Source of the DNA: Octopus vulgaris
Taxonomy: Eukaryota
DNA: 64,000 nt
Direction: 5' to 3'
Assembly (NCBI GenBank): GCA_951406725.2
Contig: OX597816.1
Coordinates: 55,180,001 to 55,244,000, forward strand
Below are positions 54,708-64,000 of this stretch, one piece after another (within the stretch, counting starts at the first letter, position 1; each line of letters opens with the position of its first letter). A program made the translations under genes and the position numbers. The notes under the pieces were generated by a model. The model was not told the DNA's origin. It saw nothing but the letters and a program-made list of their open reading frames with translations, and did no database searches.

Positions 54708-56453
54708 CTGCATTTTCCTTATTGTTATATTCTGACGTTATTTTGTTATAATTCTCTTTAACCCTATTAAATCTAATAGGAACAGTATATTGTTTCTCAG
54801 GCAGCTCTGGTTTAGACCCTAGATATATTTATTAACAATCATTAAACTACCATTAACAAATATATCGAACATATAATGCATAATATATTAAGCAAGGTTA
54901 TGGGTTGAATCCTGAAGCCGAATTCAACTGATGCAATTAAACTTGTTCTGCTGTGACTGACTAAAATGTTGATTGCGTGCTCTATTTTATGCAAGTCAAT
55001 GTGTTGTAGCACTAAAAACATTATTTAACGTATATCTATTCCGTGTTTTTTATTACAAGTGCTAAGAACTGCGCTGCACCACTTTATATGTAAATGGATT
55101 AAGGTTTGTCAATTATTAAAAAACCCTTTACTCTTTGTCGGTGGAAAACAATATATTTCGAGATACAACGATAATAAAACAATTTGTAAGAAAAAGAAAA
55201 TCCCTATTACATCTAAAGAAAATTAAAAATATATATACACATATATATATTCAAATTTACTATTTAAAAAAAAAATAGACAATAAAAAAAAACAAAAGAA
55301 AAGAAAGAAGCGCAAAATATACCCAACAGAAACTTGAAAAGTTTGACTCGTCAAAACATTTCAGTCTAGAGATAGGTAATTCTCTGGCGATCATCAACAA
55401 AACTGACATTTCATATGTACATTCTCTTAAATTTCCTTACTTTAACTACAGATAAAATTTATTGCCAAGCATAAAACAAACCAAACATTACTGCCATTGC
55501 AGCTTTTAACTCTATAATTCTGTTCATTTTATTGAAGTTTTACACACTGACAGCTTCAAAGTAGTTTTATTACTATTGTAAATTTAGTTTTATTGTTTAT
55601 TGATGTCTTTTTCTTTTTCAATTTGTTGGTAACTAATATATTTTTTTTCATTCCAGTTCTACAAATGTTTCGTCGTTTATTGTTTTCCAAATGCTTAATG
55701 GATTTTTTTGATATTCTTTGATGCGCTAGACGCGATGGAGCAACAGCCTGTTTTTGGCCAAAATTATTCTGCAGCTCCGGTTTGATTCCAGCATGCATTG
55801 TTTAAGTGTGTGTATTGAATATGCTTTAGAATACATCAGATTTAGAAAATCCTAACACTCCATTCCTCAAAGAAAAATTTCATTTATTTACCAGAAATAT
55901 CCTTCTATAAATTTTCATGACTTCTATATTGTTACATGTCGATCAGTTAAAAACGTAAAATGGAATCTTCTTTAAATATTTTTTATATAAATGGTCGACA
56001 TGCCTAAATACATAATAAGAATTAATGAGGAAACTTCCATTTGGTCATTCGATCAGCTCCAAATAGGGGACACGTTTTTTTATTCAAATCATAAATCACC
56101 ATCTTTAAAAATGAATATTATATTGAATGGTTTTGCGCGAAATAAAGTACCTAAAAGAGTCAGAAGGGACACGGCAGGACGGATACTTATTGACTGGAAC
56201 AATCACGAACTGAGTTTTAGCTGCAGGACGGATATGAAGGATTTCAGAATTTAGATTAAACGAATCTAAACATACATTCTGAAGGGCTTTAATACCTGTC
56301 TTAATAATCAGTAATAAAAGGTTGAGGAGGGGATATACAAAGACGAAATCACCTGAAAGTCTAAGATTACTCGTTATTAAAACTTAACAGGTTCTCATTC
56401 CGTGACATCAAAGCACAGTCAGTAGACATAACATCGAATCACCCTAGAGACAC

Positions 56454-56495
<42 letters not shown>

Positions 56496-56577
56496 TAATA
56501 GGTGAGTGTGCTTGTATATAGATGAATGAATTGATAAGCAGATAGGTATATATGTGAAATATAGTCTAAAGCGTAAC

Positions 56578-57300
56578 AATGTGGTTAGAAGCTTGCTTTC
56601 CAGCCACATGGTTCCGGGTTCAGTCTCAATGCGTGGAACCTCAGGCAAATGTCTTCTACTATAGCCACGGATCGACCAAAACCTTGTGAGTGGATTTGCT
56701 GAAAGAAGCCCGTCGTGTGAGTGGATGAGTGGATGACATCGACCCCAGTGATTCACTGGTACTTAATTTATCAACACCGAAAGGATGAAAGGCAAAGTCG
56801 ACCTCGGCGGAATTTGAACTCAGAACGTGGTGACGGGTGAAATAACGCTAAGCATATCGTCCAGTGCGCTAACAATTCGGCCAGCTCACCGCCTTTAACA
56901 ACAAGAACAACAACAGCAGCAACAACCCTGAAATTTTGGGGGAGGGTATAAGTCGATTACATTGACCCCAGTATTCAACTGGTACTATTTTACCGACCTC
57001 GAAAATATGAGAGGCAAAGTCGACCCCGGCGGCATTTGATCTCAGAACATGAAGACAGCCGAAATACCGGTCAGCATTTCGTCCGGTATGCTATCAATTC
57101 TGCCGGCACACCGCCTTCAACAACAACAACAACAATAATAATCCTTTCTACCATAGGAACAAGACCTGAAGTTTTGGGGGAGGGGACAAGACAATTACAT
57201 CGACTCCAGTGTTTCTTAATTTATCGACCCGAAAAGGACGAAAAGCAAATTCGATCTCAGTAGAATTTTATCCGAAGATGTGAAGAGGGACGAAATGCTA
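56578..57300. mobile_element. SINE cluster (both orientations)
   Basis: Head of the second SINE family on +, followed by three minus-strand bodies of the first family. Confidence 0.7.
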
Positions 57301-58749
57301 GCTAAGAATTCTACCAACTTGTTGCCTTATAGTTATAGATGATATATCAGAAAATGGATAAAGCGCACGCCGGAAAAAAATACTCGGCAGCATTTCTTCT
57401 GGCTCTACGTTCTTAATGCCTCTCGGGTAGATTTTGTCTTCCATCCTCACTTGGGGCGATGAAAACAAGTACCAGCTGTGTATTGGGGTAAATGATCTTA
57501 TTCTCTTCTCCAAAGTTGCTGGCCCTTTTTCGATCGTCTGTCTTCAATGGGACGAAGTGGAAATATTTTATGAATATTTGTGAATAATTGTTGAAGTGAA
57601 TCTAACGATTTTTTGTGTGTTTTTAAATGGCTTATAAACACCTTCCACGCTGCAATTGTTTTTATTTCAGCACACGATCTCAGATCAGGTCACTTGCTAT
57701 GCAAATAGATCTCCGTAATATTTTAAATGAGTTCTAAATGAAATAATTCCATTTGTATTGTTGTAAGAGATTTTAAAATTACTTCTGAAATAAGCCATTA
57801 TTTGGCTTTTATTAAGTGCCACGTTCCACCTATAAAGAGTTGTGCAACGTAACATTGTATGTTTACGTGACAAATAACAACATACAAAAAGCTGTAACAC
57901 ATACTGGTAGAGTTGTTGAGGGCTGCGTGTTAATTTCCGTGTAGTTTCGTGTACGTTAATCTACCGAGTAACTATAGAATCGTTTCACAAATATTTAGCA
58001 ATTATCTGAATTTAGAAACACGAAATTATAAGCGGACCAATTGAATTAGAGTATATTTAATTATTACTATATGTGATTTCAAATTGCTTTGACTATTTCC
58101 CCACAAAGAAGAGAAAAAGATACATCTCGTAATTTAGACTTTTGCTATTAAATTTCAGTTGAAATATACTGCCTGTGCCCCCAATTAATTTTTGAAATAA
58201 TTAATAATTTAAACTGGCCTTTACAACAAAAGGGAACATAAAATGTTGATGAAATGTTTAGGTTTTAGTCACTTTAAGACAGCAGATTTGTATTCCTGTA
58301 CGGGATCAATCCCTGCTTTAACAAAAGCGTTAATCGTTTGTCTTCCTCATTAAATAAATATTTTCCAGCAGCTAGCTGATAAATCTAAGAAAACCAGATT
58401 AGAGACATTGATGAGATTTGGAACAGAGACTGATTCCGAAGAATTGCTACAGATTTAAAGCAAGATTTAAATAACTTTCTGTTTTCACTGAGTTCAAATT
58501 ATCGTTTATTTTTTTTTTGTTTTTTTTTTACTTGTTTTAGTGATTAGACTGCGGCCATGCTGGGGCACCACCTTCAAGAAATTTAGTCGAATGAATCGAT
58601 CCCAGTCTTTATTTTTGAATGACTGGTACTTATTTTATCGGCCTCTTTTGTCGAACCACCAGGTTACAGGGACGTAAACAGGTCAGCACCGGTTATCAAG
58701 CGGTGGTGTTGGTGGACAAACACAGACACAAACACGCACGCGTCGGCAC

Positions 58750-58809
<60 letters not shown>

Positions 58810-59808
58810 ACACACGCACACATGACAGGCATTTTTCCCACTATCCTTCTACCAAATCCACTCACAAAGCTTTGGTCAGTCTGAGGCTGTAGTAGAAAAG
58901 ACTAGCCCAAGGTGTCACGCAGTGTGATTGAACCCGGAACCATCTGGTTGGGTAAGCAAACTTCTTACCACACGACCAATAGAAAACGTGTGGCGGAGGA
59001 GTTGTAGAACTGGGTGCTGGTTATTTGTTAGGATTGCCGAGTCAGTGGTACAGGTTCTAGTTAGGAATAGTACTTTGTACTCCACCTAGTCCTCGCACTT
59101 CATAAATCGAAAATGGACAAGGGTTAGGGGTAATCGTTGTAGCTAAGAAACTGATTTTTTCAAAATCATTTAAATTAGAAACAACAAAATTTTCGTGGAA
59201 GTCATTCAACCTTTAAACTTATTCAACATACACCACTGAGTTCGGTAGCGTTTAATAAGCCTTTCTGTTTTATTCATCTATTATATCGTTTCATTATTTT
59301 ATTTTGCTACGGTTGGAGTGTCTCTGCATGTTCATTTTCTATAAAGCACACTAACCAGCCCATCAGATTGCCTTTCTTTTGACTGAATGCATAAACGCCG
59401 ATCTCGCATGCTTAACATGTCTCAAAGCTGAGGCAGCAGTTTTGTTTGTTTTTTACAGTTAAAGGGAAATAACTCTTAATCTTCAGAACGTTTCTGTTTC
59501 TTTCCCGTCAAGTTTCCGTGCGAAGGCTGTTGATGTCTAGACAGGCGGACAAAATGATGCCTTGCGGTGTTTAATTACGTCCTTCTCCGATGACACCCAC
59601 TTTACCTTTCCTTCTTCTCTTTTTTTATAACATAATATTTGTTCACTTGTTGTAGTTGATTGTAGTCTATCCTGTTTTACACATCTTTCCTTTCAGAATT
59701 CGTAGCATATACTTTCATTGTAAACATACGATTGTTGCCTGATCAATTTGTATTCACCGTAATTTTAATTATCATTTAATATTATCATTATTAATTTTCA
59801 CATTATTC

Positions 59809-59842
<34 letters not shown>

Positions 59843-59979
59843 GTGATAATGAAATATAACTTCACATAACTTCTTAACAAATGCATTTTTCTAATTACTT
59901 AAATCCACATTTTGAGCACCGACTTTCATATTTAGTCTGCACACGTTATTGAATCCCAAATGATAATTTATGCATAAAC

Positions 59980-60039
<60 letters not shown>

Positions 60040-62499
60040 CCTGTTTATATACCACTACCCTCATTTAACCTTTCTATTCCTTCCTTTTTTCCCCCCACTA
60101 CCTTTTCTCCCACTTAACCATTCCTTGTCGTAATCCCTCACTTTTCCATGTCTTAATAACTAACACCTTCTTTTTTAATTCCAGCCGCAGTCAGTGCTGT
60201 TGCGCCGTCACCAGCGTCCATTTGATGTTGACTTCGATCTTCCATCTCATTCTGATAATTCACAAATCCCTCCATTACTCACCAAAATCAATGAGGATGG
60301 TAACACATGTAAACGTGCGTGCTGTAGGTATCTTGCGCTGAGCGATTTGTTGCGTTCAATGTGCTACGAAGAGAAGAACTACGTCGTTTTGGTTAGGAGG
60401 TCAAACATCAAACGTCGCCTTGTTTCATGTTCATATCGTTGGGTAGGAATTAGGGATGTGTCTGTCATGAAACATTTCTGAAGCTAATCAGGAAAGATAA
60501 GTGTAGATTGAAAACAAGGAGTAATTAGGGCCAGTTATGAATGATATCATTGATTACGTTCAGATTCAGTGTGTATTTATCCCACGCACACACAAACATT
60601 CGCACGCAAGCTCACAGAGGTGTCCTCTGTTGAGTTAATCGACCTGTTATAGCCGTGAAATCGCTCTCATGCCATACTTTGCTGTCAAAAAAACAAAAAA
60701 CAAAGGGAAAACAGCCGACATGTTTATTCAATCATACGTTTGTTGATTATCACTGAAAATAGCAACAGAATGACTACGGAAGGACTATTTGATCAAACCA
60801 TCCACGGTGCTAAACAACAACAACAGCAACAACAACAACAACAACAACAACAGCAATAACAACAACAACAGCAGCAGTAACAGTAACAGTATCACCACCA
60901 CCAACAACACCGGCAACAACACATTCGTAAACTCATGCATATATACACATGTATGCATACACATGCATACATACTCGGACATACATGCACGCATGCACAC
61001 ACAGACACATGCACACAGACACACATAGACACACACACACACACATACACACATTCACGAGTGCATATATATATACATACATGCAGAATTCTTTAAACAT
61101 ACGAATAGAGGAGAATGTTTCTACCCATTTGAACGACCGGCTAGAAATAGCAACCAAATCACTTTCAAATCACCACATAACATCTGAAAAAATAAGGAAG
61201 AGAAAAAGAATAGTCACATTTGATAAAATTTATCCTCTAAATTCACTAAAAGAGATGGTCACGATTGGAATGTCTCTCATCATGTCTCCTAGATCAAGAT
61301 TAACATAAGGCGAAGCAAGAGCTACTTACGCATGCACACACATGCATTCGCATGCACACTCGCACGCATGCCCACACGCGCCTACTCACTCACACACACG
61401 CACACAGTTTCTCTCTCTCTCACTCGTAGACGAACACACAGAGACATACATAGTCTCTTTCTCTCTCCGTCTCTCTCTCTCTCACACACACACACACAAA
61501 CACTTGTACACACATATACAGACGCGCGCGCACACACACACACGACTTTTTGGATTTCATTTTAATCCCACATCATTTGAACATAGGCTGGATTAAACGA
61601 ATCGGTAGATCGTCCATATTTATACCTCAATCCAGTTACCAGCGAGGTCACATTTGCCGTTCATTCTTCTGGGGTCGATCAAATAAAGTACCAACTATGT
61701 ACTTGGGTCCATACATAGTAAACTCTACACGACAGTAGTAGGAGTAGCAGTAGTAGTAGTGTGTGGGCATGCGCTGTAACATCGCTGTAACAGCGTGTCG
61801 CTGCATCCATCATTTCTTGGTGACTCTCTTCTTCTCTTCGCGGATGATATCTCTGCAAAACTCAGGCGACAATCCTCCAACCCCTTAGACCGTGGGTCTG
61901 GTTTGAGTAGTTGTTGCTGGTGGGGAATTTTACGACGTCGGAGTGCAAATGCTACCTCAACCCCTTTTAATCGCTTTTACGATAGGCAGAGGAAACATTA
62001 GATCTATTCTTTGGTATGACGATTCCTACACATCATCGGAGGAACGTCAAATGAAATATTTTGCTACAGAATACAACACGCTGCCCAGTCAGGGACTCGA
62101 AACTGTGACCTAATGATCGTGAGCGCAACATTTTGTCCACTGGGCTATGCATCTCCATGGTACAGTTTCCTTAAACTTGCTACCTCGTGCCAATGCTGCT
62201 CAATACACGGAGGTGCAAAAGTAGGTAAAAAGTTATGAAAAAAAAAAAAAATAAAGAAAAGAAAAGATGTACAATACTCATTATTTTTATGAAAAAATTA
62301 AAAGTGTCCCGCTTTTTTAATATTTTCAGTGTCATTAATCACAATAATACATTTATCATAACTATAATAATATTTTTATCGTAATTTAAAATTTTTGATA
62401 AAAATAAACGAGCGTTGTACGTGTTCTCTGTTTTTTTCAAAACTGCATTCCTACTTTTGCAGACGAGTGTATATTTGTTTGAAACTTTGGCACAAGGTT

Positions 62500-62865
62500 G
62501 GTAAATTTCGTTCAGGAGTAAATCCATCATATCGACCCCTGTGCTCAACTGGTACTTATTATTTTGACCCCCAGAAGAATAAGAAGTTGACCTCGGCACA
62601 ATTTGAACTCAGAACTTAAAGACGGATGAAATGCCTATTTCTTTACTACCCTCAAGGGGCTAAACACAGAGGGGACAAACAAGGACAGACAAACGGATTA
62701 AGTCGATTACATCGACCCTAGTGCGTAACTGGTACTTATTTTATCGACCCCGAAATTATGAAAGGCAAAGTCGACCTGGGCGGAATTTGAACTCAGAACG
62801 TAACGGCAGACGAAATACGGCTACGCATTTCGCCCGGCGTGCTAACGTTTCTGCCAGCTCGCCGC
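62500..62865 (-). mobile_element. Two SINE copies (one full length)
   Basis: Reverse complement of the GGCGAGCTGGCAGAA family. Confidence 0.8.
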
Positions 62866-63136
62866 ATTGCTGGAAATACATTCTGAAACACTAGCTGTTA
62901 AATAATTAACATAAATTAACATAAATTAGTGCAATGTATACATGTATAGAATAAATAGCATTTCACATTCGCATCAAAGGCCAGACAATTATACAGTTAT
63001 GATTTTGAAATTCTGAGGTATCACTTTGTCCTTAACCAGTACCTAGTTTCCATAACTTGCGTGTGTGTGTGTATGCGTTTGCGAGTGCGTGTTTGTGCGT
63101 CTGTGTGTGTACATGTATATACATACATACATATAT

Positions 63137-63205
<69 letters not shown>

Positions 63206-63232
63206 CATATATATATATACATATACATATAC

Positions 63233-63276
<44 letters not shown>

Positions 63277-64000
63277 CATATATATATATATATACATAAA
63301 TACATACATACATACATACATACATACATACATACATACATACATACATGCATAAGTCCTACAACCATCTTGGGCTGCAATCCCAACCCTAGCTAAAACT
63401 CATACACCTCCATAACTCTTAGAGGGAAACTTAAAGAAGCCCGTCATATATATGTTTTATCTTTTCTTTTTATTTTTTACTTGCTTCAGTTGTTAGAATA
63501 CAGCCATGCTGGGGCACTGCGCTAAAGAATTTCTTTAACCAAATATCTTGACCCCACTACTTTTTTTAAAGCCTGATATTTATAATATCCGTCGAAACAT
63601 GGAGTACAAAATAAGGGATCTTTTCAGCCGTCTTTTTTGTGTTCCCTTTAAAATCCTTATCATAACTTGTCCATGAAATATAGCAGCTACAGGAATGGAT
63701 CCAATAACATCTTTCACCTTCTTTATTCGTTAATGATGTGAAGCTCTATGTGCCAAGTACTAAGCATATCAATAGAAAACAGGAATTCATAAAACAGTTC
63801 TCCACAGACACTGGAATAAGATCTGTTTAGTTCAAATACACATTTTTGGTTTCAACATGGAGGAAATTTGTGACCTCAACCAAGACCCTGAACATGGATT
63901 ACCTAAAAATTAAAGCCTTTACTGCATGGGGAACACAAGTATCATGGACAAGATGAGAAGTATATCAGCTGTGAAGGATCCTTCAAGAAAGAGGGGAAAA

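Overview
Eukaryotic, AT-rich, microsatellite- and SINE-dense genomic DNA. The repeat families and (TA)n/(TAA)n/(TCTA)n load suggest a coleoid cephalopod, probably Octopus (inference). One host gene can be built on the + strand from four GT-AG coding exons with matching phases (3544-4300, 43555-43920, 47817-48159, 50994-51693; 2166 nt, 721 aa). It encodes an atypical SMYD-family lysine methyltransferase: N-terminal TPRs, a SMYD5-like split SET/MYND core, post-SET CxCxxC and a second C-terminal MYND finger. Its 39-kb first intron and the flanks hold transposon debris: Tx1/L1-, R4/Dong-, RTE-, CR1- and Penelope-type retroelement fragments, mariner/Tc1 relics, two short non-autonomous Helitrons and many tRNA-derived SINEs. 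The most striking non-coding signal is a set of type I hammerhead-ribozyme motifs with palindromic stem III. One has an intact core (9686-9784, minus strand) and sits beside a PBS-like motif and a perfect 110-bp palindrome. Two related long-stem copies lie sense within host introns, and there are several decayed or fold-back relics. Almost all other ORFs in the track are microsatellite translation artefacts.
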